Source: Squalus acanthias
Taxonomy: Eukaryota
DNA: 64,000 nt
Direction: 5' to 3'
Assembly (NCBI GenBank): GCA_030390025.1
Contig: JASTWF010000114.1
Location: forward strand, 744,001-808,000
Each line of letters opens with the position of its first letter. The stretch's first letter is position 1. The position numbers were made by a program, and so were the translations under genes. Positions 26,399-37,585 of this stretch are shown here, in pieces. Below the pieces are notes generated by a model. It was not told the DNA's origin and did no database searches. It worked only from the letters and a program-made list of their open reading frames with translations.

Positions 26399-26491
26399 GT
26401 AAGAATTGCGATAGTTTTACTCACTTCATCATAAATAACGACGAATTTACATAGAGTAATAATGGTATCTTAACCCCCCCAAACTCGCCAG

Positions 26492-26794
26492 GGTCTCCGG
26501 AAATCTTTCTCTTAGCTCCGCCGCCGAATGAAATTCCCTCACTGGAAACGGTCCCATTGATGTGTTTGGTGAAAAGCCTGTCTCCCGATTCCCTTCCCAT
26601 TCGCTGGAATGTTTCCGGACGGGTTACCGAGGGACCGAGCGATTCCGGGACAATAGACGCGGACGGGACGTACACTTTCAGGAGTCACATCAGAATCTCG
26701 GCAGAAACTTGGAGCAATGGCGCTGTCTGTACTTGCGCCGTTTCAATCAACTCCACTGGGGATCTGATCAGTGAAAATGTCTCATCTCAGAGAG
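26492..26794 (+). CDS. Gene A C1-set domain exon (open)
   Basis: GSPEIFLLAPP..VPLMCLVKSLSPDSLPIRWNVSG..DADGTYTFRSHIRISAETWSNGAVCTCAV..; 93-nt V-C intron. Confidence 0.9.
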
Positions 26795-28757
26795 GTAATT
26801 GTGGCACTGACTATTTACTAATATCTTCCATGCTGATGTAAGATTTAATTGTTATCAATATCACTTTATACATTCAAAGTCTCCCCTTTCTGCTTGTCCA
26901 TGTAGAACTACACAATCGTTTACCTCTTTCAATGTTGCAGTGTTGAGCTTTCTGAATTATGAAGTCCATCTGTCAAGCTAGGCCATACGTGGGAGAGACG
27001 GTATCTGTCTGAGCTCTCCATGGGTAAAATTGGAAAATATAACTGCCATTTCAATTTTATCACTTTCTCTCTCGATCTGTATTACACAGTATGTACAGCA
27101 CAGAGACAGGCCATTCGGCCCAACGGTCCCTGCCAGTGTTTATGCTCCATACGATACCCCTCCCATCCCACTTCGTCTTAATTGCATCTATGCAATTCGT
27201 TGGAAACATTCCCTGTGGCAGCGAGTTCCACATTCTCACCACGCTCTGGGTAATTAAGTTTCTACTGAATTCCCCATTGGCTTAAATGGTGACTATCTTA
27301 TATTGATGGCGCCTAGTTCTGGTCTCCCCCTCACCCACGTTGAAACATCTTCTCCAAGTCTACCCTGTCAAAGGTTTTCATAGAGTAGATAGAGAGAGAA
27401 TGTTTCCACTTGTGGGGAATAGCATAACTAGAGGCCATCAATATAAGATATTCACCAAGAAATCCAATAGGGAATTCAGGAGAAACTTCTTTACCCAAAG
27501 AGTGGTGAGAATGTGGAACTCGATACCTCAGGGAGTGGTTGAAGCGAATACTATAGGTGCATTTAAAGGGGGAGGCTGGACAAGCATATGAGTGAGAAGG
27601 GAATAGGGGGTTACGTTGATAGATTTAGATGAGGAAAGACGGGAGGAGGCTCGAGTGGAGCAAAAACGCCGACTTGGACTGGTTGGGCCGAATGGCCTTT
27701 TTCTGTGCCATATATCCTATGTAATCCTTTGTAAAGCCTTTCATAATCTAAAGTCCTCTATCAGGTCATCTCTCAGTATTCACTTATGTAGAGAAATGAA
27801 CCCCAGCCTGTTCAATCTTTCCTGATAAGTATAATATCTAATTCTGGTATCATCCTAATAAATCTTTTTATATATTCTCCAGTGTCTCTCTATCCTCTTG
27901 TAATATGGAGCCCAGAAATGTTCCCAGTATTCCAAGTGTGGTCCAACCAAAATTTAACATAACTTCTCAGCTTTTCAATTCTATCCTTCTAGAAATGAAC
28001 CCCAGTGCTGGGTTTGCTTTTTTATCGCCTTATTAGCCTGCGTCGCTACTTTTCGTGAGTTGTGTATCTGTACCTCCAGATCCCACTGCTCCTCTACTCC
28101 ATTTAGACACTTATTTTCCAAGGAGTTTGTGACGTCCTTATTCTTCCGACCCAAACGGTTTCTATCTAACGTTTCATCTAAGACAGAAGAAATGTGTCAC
28201 TTGGGCTACCATAGACCAGATGTGTTGTGGACCAAATCCGTAATTTGAAATGAAAGTGGTGAGCATTTCTAAATGGCTGTGCTACTGATGGACAATCAGC
28301 ACCGATTTGTGATTTTGGAGTCGTGTTTCACAAATTTAAAAGAGCTTTTGTAGAAGTGATCGTTGGATAGTTAAAGGGATTGCAGTAGATGTAACGTGTA
28401 TGGAATTCCAGAAGGCGTTTGATAAGGTGTCGCATAAGAGGGTTGTTGGGAAAGAATTTAGACGTATGATGTGAAGGAGATGTGGAAGCCTGGATGGAAA
28501 TTTAGACAAGTAATAAGGAGATAAGTTAAATGGTTATTCCTCGGATTGGAGAAGGTTTGGAAGTGGTGCATTCCAGGGAACAGAGTGGGCTTTGGGAATA
28601 GTTTTGGATTGATACAGGAATATTGAGAGAGAGCTGGGTAATGGAATTCGTTTTGGATTCATCTACCAAAGACCCGGCACAAACATGGAGTGCCTCATAG
28701 TTTCCTTCTGTGCCCTACCCTTCGATAGGTTCATGGTTATATGGTTCTGTCTGTCTG

Positions 28758-29047
28758 NNNNNNNNNNNNNNNNNNNNNNNNNNNNNNNNNNNNNNNNNNN
28801 NNNNNNNNNNNNNNNNNNNNNNNNNNNNNNNNNNNNNNNNNNNNNNNNNNNNNNNNNNNNNNNNNNNNNNNNNNNNNNNNNNNNNNNNNNNNNNNNNNNN
28901 NNNNNNNNNNNNNNNNNNNNNNNNNNNNNNNNNNNNNNNNNNNNNNNNNNNNNNNNNNNNNNNNNNNNNNNNNNNNNNNNNNNNNNNNNNNNNNNNNNNN
29001 NNNNNNNNNNNNNNNNNNNNNNNNNNNNNNNNNNNNNNNNNNNNNNN
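28758..29047. other. Assembly gap (N run) inside the gene A C1-TM intron
   Basis: 290 N. Confidence 1.
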
Positions 29048-29187
29048 GACGCTGGTAAGTCTGGCATTGATTATCCATCCCTTGTGGTCCTGAGAAGTTG
29101 TTGGTGGGCCTCCATGAACCTTCTGCGAGAACCAGAATGCTCGGGTTATGTTTTTTTTAAATAAAAGTTTCTTTTTTCTTTCTTCAG

Positions 29188-29304
29188 CGCCCCCGCAACA
29201 AACCAACTGCAGGTTACTGCTTTAGGGGAGTGCGGTGGCGGCGCTTTTCCTTCTGCTGATCGTTATTGTTTCCGCGGGAAGGAGCTGCAGGAACCGGCGG
29301 TCAG
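29188..29304 (+). CDS. Gene A stalk/transmembrane exon with premature stop
   Basis: Strong polypyrimidine acceptor; APPQQTNCRLLL*GSAVAALFLLLIVIVSAGRSCRNRRS; TCAG|GT donor. Confidence 0.8.
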
Positions 29305-29448
29305 GTATCGGTTGTCGGGAGGCGCTCCAAGTCCAACGCCGCTCCCAATCAATCCATTTATTGTGTCATTGGCTCATTACGTGTTAGTGGACCCGTTCAG
29401 TGTGAAATGTGTGCATTTAGACTTAGATTAAATTTCTATTTATATCAG

Positions 29449-29507
29449 GCAACACGAACAGCGATCAGAAATTGACGGATTCGAGACCACGGTCACAAGA
29501 CAAGGAG
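29449..29507 (+). CDS. Gene A cytoplasmic exon 1
   Basis: GNTNSDQKLTDSRPRSQDKE, phase 1 to phase 0, AG..GT. Confidence 0.65.
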
Positions 29508-30238
29508 GTAGATATGAAAATAATTGTTTTTGCTCAACACATGTCGCTACCTTGCACTGATTTTAACCCAATGTTTAAGATTCACAGTAAATCAGTCTAT
29601 AGAACTTTGCATAGTGAGCACTACAGGATAGCAGTGTTTAACTTTTATGTAAAGCTGCGAACGTAGAATAAAAAAATTTTGAGCTGGATATTTTAAATTG
29701 CAGAATGATGATTCACCAGAGTGATACCCGGGGCTGAAAGGGTTAAATTATGAGGACAGGTTGCACAGACTACGCTTGTATTCCCTTGTAAATAGAATAT
29801 TAAGGGGTGATCTAATTCTGGTGTTTAAGTTGATTAAAGGTTTTGATGGTGTAGACAGAGATAAACTTTTTCCTCTGGTGGGGGGAGTCTTGAACAAGGG
29901 GGCAACACTTTAAAATTAGAGCCAGGCCGTTCAGGGTGATGACAGGAAGCACTTCTTCACACAAAGGGCGGTGGAAATCTGGAACACTCTCCCCCAAAAA
30001 GCTGCTGAGGATCGGGGTCAATTGCAAATTCCAAATCTGAGAGATTTTTGATAGATTCGTTTTGGGTAAGGGGATTAAGTGTTAGGCAACCAAGGCACGT
30101 AGATGGAGTTAAGATACAGATCAGCCATGATCTGATTGAATGTCGGAACAGCCTCGAGGGGCTGAACAGCCTTCTCCTGTCCCTCTGTTGCTATGATGAT
30201 GATTTGGGCAATGATAATGTTTCTGTTTTCTCTCATAG

Positions 30239-30283
30239 ACTCTTTACGCCCAACTGGCGTATAATGCGGTTCCGACCCTCTGA
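30239..30283 (+). CDS. Gene A terminal exon with TxYxxL motif
   Basis: TTTTCTCTCATAG| TLYAQLAYNAVPTL*. Confidence 0.7.
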   Translation, partial: TLYAQLAYNAVPTL

Positions 30284-32044
30284 CGGGAAAGGAAAGCGAG
30301 CGCCTGCCGGATATGACGTATTGTGGAAAGTTCCCTCTGCTTTGCTCTCATTGTGGGATCAGTAAGACACGCTGCTCAGTCACAATTCAAGCCACCTTTT
30401 CCCCAATTGTGTGCCGCTTCCCCGTGCTTATGGGATCCATTGACAGGAAATTGGCAATCTCATTCAGAAGACCAACCGGCGGAGTGGAGCCCTGAGGGTT
30501 GAACCCTTCCGGGAGACTTTGAGACGCCGGGTTCAAGTCCCAAAGCACCGCAGAAATTCGACTATTGGAAGCAGTAGCGTGCAGCTAAAGGGTTAAATTG
30601 CTGTCTTCATTGAAGTCTCACTGCGTCGATCTCAATTTCTCTTGCCGACTTGATGCACATTTATCAATAATTAACACTCACTTGGAAGAGAGACTGACCA
30701 GTGCAGAACCGGCGTATCGCCTACTGGAGAGTCTTAGTGCCGAACAGAACCGGCGCAATTTCAAGCGCATTTTACAAATGGGAAACTTTGGACCAAAGCG
30801 GAAATTCTAAACATATTTAAATTCTCTCTTACGCATCGTCTGCTAATCTTAAGATGACAAATCGCCTGCAGTTTCGGTTAAATCTCGACATGTTTCTCCT
30901 CTCTTGTATTGGGGTTTTTAGATTCATTTCGTATTTGTATGTAAGCATGATATAATTCAAATAATCTTTACAATGCATCAGTGTCCGAGTTACAAAGGCA
31001 ATAAAACATGTTTTCAAACTTCAGCATTGTGTTTGTGATTCCAGCCCTTTGATCGGTCAGTCTAGATGCGCTCAGTGTATCTCTAACGCCGATTTACATT
31101 GCACATTTATAGAGTAAATGCGTGCGGCTCAAAAGTGGGGCTCAGGACCGACTGGGCAGCTCAGGCACTGCCTCCGGATTTCGGCTGCATTAATATTAAA
31201 ACTGGTGGATCGAAGAATGAAAGGTGATCTCATTGGAACATAAAACATTCTTACAGGGCTTGACAGGGTCGATTCTGAGAGGCTGTTTCCCCTGGCTGGA
31301 GAGTCTAGAACTAGGGGTCACAGTCTCAGAACAACGGGTCGGCCATTTAGGACTGAGATGAGGAGAAATTTCTTCACTCAGAGGGTGGCGAATCATTGGA
31401 ATTCTGTACCCCAGAGTGCTGTTGGGGCTCAGTCGTTGAGTATATTCAAGGCTGAGTGCGATATATTTTTTAATATTAAGGGAATCAAGGGATATGGGGA
31501 AAGTTCAGGAAAGTGGAGATGAGGTAGACGATCAACCATGATTTTGTTGAATGGTGGATCAGGCTCGAAGGGCCGAATGGTCTAGTCCTGCTCCTATTTC
31601 TTATGTTCTTATGTAAGTGGAGACCGAGCGCTCTGGGAGTGAACACTGTCACATTTACCATTCAAAGTAGATCATTTTAAATCCATCTGCTCTTTTTTAA
31701 TAATGCAGTTAAGTGATTTCGTCAGCAAATTTATGGATGCTTTTACCCACTATTAGTATCTATTAGTTCTTTGAAAATACATTTTCAAATTGGGTCGAGG
31801 ATCTGGGGTACAGCTTCACAAATCACTATAATTAGTGACGCAGGTTAACACGGACATTCCAACCAGCAAACCAAAGCACTGGGGTTCATTTCTAGAGGGA
31901 TAGAATTGAAAAGCAGACAAATTTTGCTAAACATGTATCGAACCTTGTTTAGAACACACTTGGAGTACTGTGCACAGGTCTGATCTCCATATTATAAAAA
32001 GGATATAGAGGCACTGGAGAAGGTGCAAAAGGAGGATTTACAAG

Positions 32045-32715
32045 AATAAGAACATAAGAACATAATAAATAGGAGCAGGAGTAGACCAATCGGCCCCTCG
32101 AGCCTGCTCCGCCATTCAATGAGATCATGGCTGATCTGATCCAACCTCAACTCTAAAGAACACAAGAAGTAGGAGCAGGACCAGGCCACTCGGCCCCTGG
32201 GTCCGCTCCGCCACCCACAGGGCCTTGACTGATCCGAACTGAAACTCATGTCCAATTTCAAGCCCGCTCCCCGTAGCCCCTAATATCCCTTTACTTCTAG
32301 GAAACGGTCTATTTCTGTTTTAAATTTATTTAATGAAGTAGCTTCCACAGCTTCCTGGGGTAGCAAATTCCACAGACCCACTACCCTCTGAGTGAAAAAG
32401 ATTCTCCTCATCTCAGTTTTGAAAGAGCAGCCCCTTATTCTGAGATTATGTCCCCTAGATCTAGTTTCACCCATCATTGGGAACATCTTCACCGCGTCCA
32501 CCCGATCAAGCCCCTTCACAATCTTATATGTTTCAATAAGATCGCCTCTCATTCTTCTGAACTCCAATGAGTAGAGTCCCAATCTACTCAACCTCTCCTC
32601 GAATGTCCACCCCCTCATCCCCGGAATTTACCGAGTGAAGCTTCTTTGTACTGCCTCGAGAGCAAGTATGTCTTTTCTTAAGTATGGACACCAAAACTGT
32701 ATGCAGTACTCCAGA
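32045..32715 (-). mobile_element. CR1 LINE 3' portion nested in an older CR1
   Basis: ORF 32280-32618 (EERLSRLGLYSLEFRRMRGDLIETYK); AAGAACAT tail repeats; flanked by + strand CR1 remnants 31790-32045 and 32715-33165. Confidence 0.85.
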
Positions 32716-34339
32716 ACTGAGAGGTTATACAAATCATGAAAGATTGAATAGGCTGGGGCTCGTTTCTCTAGAAAAGAGAAGGCTGAAAGTTGACCTGATA
32801 GAAGTCTTTAAGATTATGAAAGGGTTTGATAGGAAGAGAAGTTGTTTTGACTTGTGAAGTGACCAGAACTAGGGGCCATAAATAAAAGATAGTCACTAAT
32901 AAATCTCATAAGGAATTCAGCAGAAACTTCTTCACCCAGAGAGTGGTGAGAATGTGGAACTCGCTACTACAGGGAGTGGTTGAGACGAATAGCATAGATG
33001 CATTTAAGGGGAAGCTAGATAAACACATGAGGGAGAAAGGAATAGAAGGATATGCTGATGGGGTGAGATGAAGAGGGGTGGGAGGAGGCTGGTGTGGAGC
33101 AGAAACCCCGGCACGGACCAGTGGGGCCGAATGGCCTGTTTCTGTGCTGTGAACACTTCGTAACTTTGTACAGCAGAACCCTCCGGCTGTGACTGTAAGC
33201 GGTTTGCTGGTGATGTTAATAATTCGCAGCGGTAACAGAATTCGCTCTTCACATTAGGAAATCGGTCAAATTTAAGAATAAAATTCAAAGGCTGTTTCAT
33301 CCGAGAAGCTGTGTTATATTTCGGGCACACCTTCGATTTCATATACATTTAAAACCTGGTTATGATGCCGTTAGTGTGGTGATTAATGGATAATTGAGCT
33401 GATTATTAGACTCTGATCTCATCGAGAATCTCTTGTAATTCATGTACTGAGGGGATAGAGACATGCCGAAATTAACAATATTCTGCTGTCAAAATATTCT
33501 GCACAGATATTGCAAAGAGTATTTGGAGACACTTGTCACAAGGTGAAAAAGGCCATTCTGCCAAACGTAGCTCATGAATCCAGAAAGGTTCAAACCTTCT
33601 CGCCCATCAGGGCAGCCAAACTGATTCCTAAATGAATCCAGGGGTTTACATTCACACCACCCTACCCAGAGGTCCTTGTGTGATGAACCTCCAGAAATCA
33701 GTTTTCAATTTGCCGAAATAATTATCCTACTAGCGACAGGAACATTGGAACAGGAGGAGGCCATTCAGCCCCTCGAACCTGCTCCACCATTCAATTAGAT
33801 CATGGCAATCTGTATCTTAACTCCATCTGCATGCTTTGGTTCCGTAACGCTTAATACCCTTTCCTCGCAAAAATCTATCAATCTCAGTGTTGAAAATTTC
33901 AATTGAACCCCAGCTTCAACAGCTTTTTGGATGAGAGAGGTCCAGATTTCCAACATCCTTTGTGTGAAGAAATGCTTCCTGACTTCACCCCTGAACGGCC
34001 CAGCTCTAATTTTAAGGTCATGTCCCTCTTGTTCTGGACTCCCCCAGCAGAGAAAATTGTTTCTCTCTGTGGTAACACAATACAGCTTCCTGTGACTTGA
34101 ACTTTATTACATCACTTCCTGTGATTAGTCCAGGATAAATACTGGGCTGAGCAGTTGGATCCTGGAGAGGCATAGAGTAAGACCTCTTTTGTATGTAGCA
34201 CCTTTTTAGTTGATTAAAGCTTACTTTAAGTTCACCACGCGTAAGGCTCATTCTTACGACAATTTAATCAACTTTGAAAAACTTCGCACTCAAACTTTTT
34301 GGACGAACTCGGAACTAAGGATCCAGGGAATCACCCATC

Positions 34340-36598
34340 ATGGAAAACATACTTAAACCATCGCGTCTTGACTTGGACCCAAACACCCCAGCAGCCGGTA
34401 AGGTGTGGAAACACTGGTATCGCACGTTTGACAATTTTCTCGAATATTGCAAGGCTGATGATGACTCAAAATTGCGGATACTCATCAACTGTGTCACCCC
34501 GAATGTATTTCAGTATGTCGAGGAATGGGGCAGTTACGAGGAGGCAATTCGGACGCTTAAAAGACTATATACTAAGACACCGAATGAGGTCTATGCCAGA
34601 CATCTACTAGCTACAGCCCAACAAGGGCCGGAGGAATCCATTGATAAATTCCTCCAAGAGCTTCGCAGACTTAGTATGGACTGTAACTTTCAGGCGGCCT
34701 CAGCTGAGCTGTACCGTGAAGAAATGATCCGTGATGCTTTCATCTGCGGGCTTGCCTCCCCATTTATACGCCAGCGTCTACTGGAAAGTAAGACACTTGA
34801 GCTTCAGAGAGCTTATGACATGGCTTGCTCTCTAGATCTGGCAAAAAGAAATGCAGACCTTTATACAGTGCCCAGACCTCGGTCTGCTGCCTTAACTACA
34901 GTCAGGCAATTTAAGAGGCCACAGGTGAACTCTATTAGGGAGGACTTTATCCCTGACGATCAATCTGATGACTTCACTGATGAAGAGGATGATGACCCCA
35001 CTGTGGCAGCCTCTTGGCAATCTAAGAAATGCTTCTTTTGTGGTGATGAGTTTCACCCTCGGAAATTCTGCCCTGCTCGCAATGCGTTTTGCAGTCATTG
35101 CAACAAAAAGGGTCATTTTGCAAAGGTTTGCCTATCAAGAGCCTCTACGAGGGCTTATCAAGCTAAGTCCTACCGAACTGCCCCGGTAAGGGCCTATCAA
35201 GATGTTCCGGCTAAAATCTATCGTGCTTCCTCTCGGGTTTTCTCTCGAAGAAACACACCTAGAGTTTCAGCCACTCTTTGTGCAACGACACCAATTACAG
35301 CTGCTTGTCCTCAGAACCTATTCCATGCAGCTACAAAAGCATCAATTAATGGACATACTTTAGATGCCTTAATTGACTCAGGTAGCACTGATAGTTTCAT
35401 TAGGGAACAGATTGTTGCAGAGTTAAAGCTACATGTTTTCCCATCGGACCAGGCAATTGCGATGGCTCAGTCATCACTTAATACCAGAATTTCTGGCTTT
35501 TGTATGGTTGAAATAACACTTAATGGTCACAGGTATCCCTCCACCCGGCTTTCGGTGCTCAAGGACTTATGTAGTGATTTTATCTTAGGGCTAGATTTTC
35601 AAAAGCAGCATAAGAAGCTCACCATTGAGTTCGGCGGATCCAAACCTGAACTCACTATTTCTAATATACGACCTCGATTACCGTTCTGTGCATTGTCAGC
35701 AGCTTCACTGGATGAACCCTCACTGTTTACCAGTATCCCTCCTCGATGCAAACCGATTATAACAAAGTCACGACGTTTCAGTCAGGAAGACCAGTCTTTT
35801 ATTGCGGCTGAGATTTCTCGGCTTTTAGCAGAGGATATCATCGAGCCTTGTTCGTCGCCATGGCGCGCCCAGGTCGTTATTGTTAAGAACCCTCTACAAC
35901 CTCACAAGAAACGGCTGTGCATTGACTATTCACAGACCATCAATCAATATACGGACTTGGACGCATACCCATTGCCTCGCATCGATGATATGGTTAATAA
36001 ACTGGCTGAGTACACGGTGTTCTCAACATATGATCTGAAAAGTGCCTATCATCAGGTACCCTTGAAGGTCTCAGACAAGCAGTATACGGCCTTTGAAGCC
36101 AATGGACGGCTGTATCAATTTCGTCGCCTCCCCTTTGGGGTCACTAATGGAGTGGCTGTCTTCCAGCGAGCAATGGATGACCTGGTCAAACAGGAAGACT
36201 TAAAGGATACGTTTCCTTATCTGGACAATATTACTGTCGCAGGTCGCAATCAGCGGGAACATGACGCCAATCTCCAACGATTTTGGGATGCACTCCAGCA
36301 CCGTAATTTGACATTAAATGCGGCTAAATCCATTGAGTCACAACCAACCATCAACATCCTTGGCTATTGTGTGGGCAATGGCATCATTAAACCTGACCCT
36401 GAAAGGCTTCGCCCACTCCAAGAACTCCCGCCACCTAAGAATGCGGCCTCCTTGCGCCGGGCCCTCGGCCTGTTTGCATACTATGCTAAATGGATTCCTA
36501 ACTTCTCGGACCGAATCCAACCTCTACTGAAGGCCAGCACATTCCCACTAGACACAGCGGCTGTTGCAGCCTTTAACCTCCTAGGGGGGAACCAGTAG
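34340..36598 (+). CDS. Gypsy gag-pol N-terminal part (Gag with CCHC knuckles, protease, RT)
   Basis: CFFCG..H..C and CSHCNKKGHFAKVC; ALIDSGS; DLKSAYHQ, LPFGV, YLDN. Confidence 0.92.
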   Translation: MENILKPSRLDLDPNTPAAGKVWKHWYRTFDNFLEYCKADDDSKLRILINCVTPNVFQYVEEWGSYEEAIRTLKRLYTKTPNEVYARHLLATAQQGPEESIDKFLQELRRLSMDCNFQAASAELYREEMIRDAFICGLASPFIRQRLLESKTLELQRAYDMACSLDLAKRNADLYTVPRPRSAALTTVRQFKRPQVNSIREDFIPDDQSDDFTDEEDDDPTVAASWQSKKCFFCGDEFHPRKFCPARNAFCSHCNKKGHFAKVCLSRASTRAYQAKSYRTAPVRAYQDVPAKIYRASSRVFSRRNTPRVSATLCATTPITAACPQNLFHAATKASINGHTLDALIDSGSTDSFIREQIVAELKLHVFPSDQAIAMAQSSLNTRISGFCMVEITLNGHRYPSTRLSVLKDLCSDFILGLDFQKQHKKLTIEFGGSKPELTISNIRPRLPFCALSAASLDEPSLFTSIPPRCKPIITKSRRFSQEDQSFIAAEISRLLAEDIIEPCSSPWRAQVVIVKNPLQPHKKRLCIDYSQTINQYTDLDAYPLPRIDDMVNKLAEYTVFSTYDLKSAYHQVPLKVSDKQYTAFEANGRLYQFRRLPFGVTNGVAVFQRAMDDLVKQEDLKDTFPYLDNITVAGRNQREHDANLQRFWDALQHRNLTLNAAKSIESQPTINILGYCVGNGIIKPDPERLRPLQELPPPKNAASLRRALGLFAYYAKWIPNFSDRIQPLLKASTFPLDTAAVAAFNLLGGNQ

Positions 36599-37585
36599 AT
36601 GTGGTGTATTTGGACTTTCAGAAGGCCTTCGACAAGGTCCCACACAAGAGATTGGTGAGCAAAGTTAAAGCACATGGGATTGGGGGTAATGTGTTGACGT
36701 GGATTGAGAACTGGTTGGCACACAGGAAACAAAGAGTAGGAGTAAATGGGTACTTTTCAGAATGGCAGGCAGTGACCAGCGGGGTACCGCAGGGTTCGGT
36801 GCTGGGACCCCAGCTGTTTACATTATATATTAATGATTTGGACGAAGGGATTAAATGTAATATCTCCAAATTTGCGGATGACACTAAATTGGGAGGCAGT
36901 GTGAACAATGAGGAGGATGCTAGGAGGCTACAGAGTGACTTGGACAGATTGGGTGAATGGGCAAATGTATGGCAGATGAAGTACAATGTGGATAAATGTG
37001 AGGTTATCCACTTTGGTGGTAAAAATAGAGAGGCGGACTATTACCTGAATGGTGGCAGATTAGGGAAAGGGGAGGTGCAACGAGACCAGGGCGTCATGGT
37101 ACATCAGTCACTGAAGGTGGGAATGCAAGTGCAGCAGGCAGTCAAGAAAGCAAACGGAATGATGGCCTTCATAGTAAGGGGATTTGAGTACAGGAGTAGG
37201 GAGGTGATGCTGCAGTTGTACAGGGCCTTGGGGAGGCCACACCTGGAGTATTGTGCGCAGTTTTCGTCTCCTAACTTAAGGAAGGACATTCTTGCTATTG
37301 AGGGAGTGCAGCGAAGGTTCACTAGATTGATTCCTGGGATGGCCGGACTGACATATCAAGAAAGATTGGGTCAACTGAACTTGTATCCTCTGGAGTTCAG
37401 AAGAATGAGGGGGGATCTTATAGAGACATTTAAATTCCTAACTGGTTTAGACAAATTAGATGCGGGCAGAATGTTCCCAATGTTAGGGAAAACTAGAACC
37501 AGGGGTCACAGTCTAAGGATTAAGGGGAAGCCATTTAAGACTGAGCTGAGGAGGAACTTCTTCACCCAGAGAGTGGTGAATCTAT
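36584..37585 (+). mobile_element. CR1 RT fragment, truncated at both ends, inside Gypsy pol
   Basis: ORF 36601-37587 (YLDFQKAFDKVPH, GVPQGSVLGP, FADDTK); removal restores AAFNLL-KKQLEKAAL in frame. Confidence 0.92.

Larger units (their letters stand above)
25377..30283 (+). pseudogene. Gene A: non-rearranging VJ-C1-TM-cytoplasmic antigen-receptor-like gene (PRARP/VJ-C1-like); nonsense codon at TM start
   Basis: Exons 25377-25419, 26060-26398, 26492-26794, 29188-29304, 29449-29507, 30239-30283, all GT-AG with consistent phases; TAG at 29223-29225; AATAAA at 31000. Confidence 0.85.

Noticed and set aside
26340-26400. Gene A as a rearranged TCR alpha/delta or IgL gene
   Set aside because: No RSS or separate segments nearby, 93-nt V-C intron, uncharged TM and Tyr-motif tail are unlike TCR or IgL
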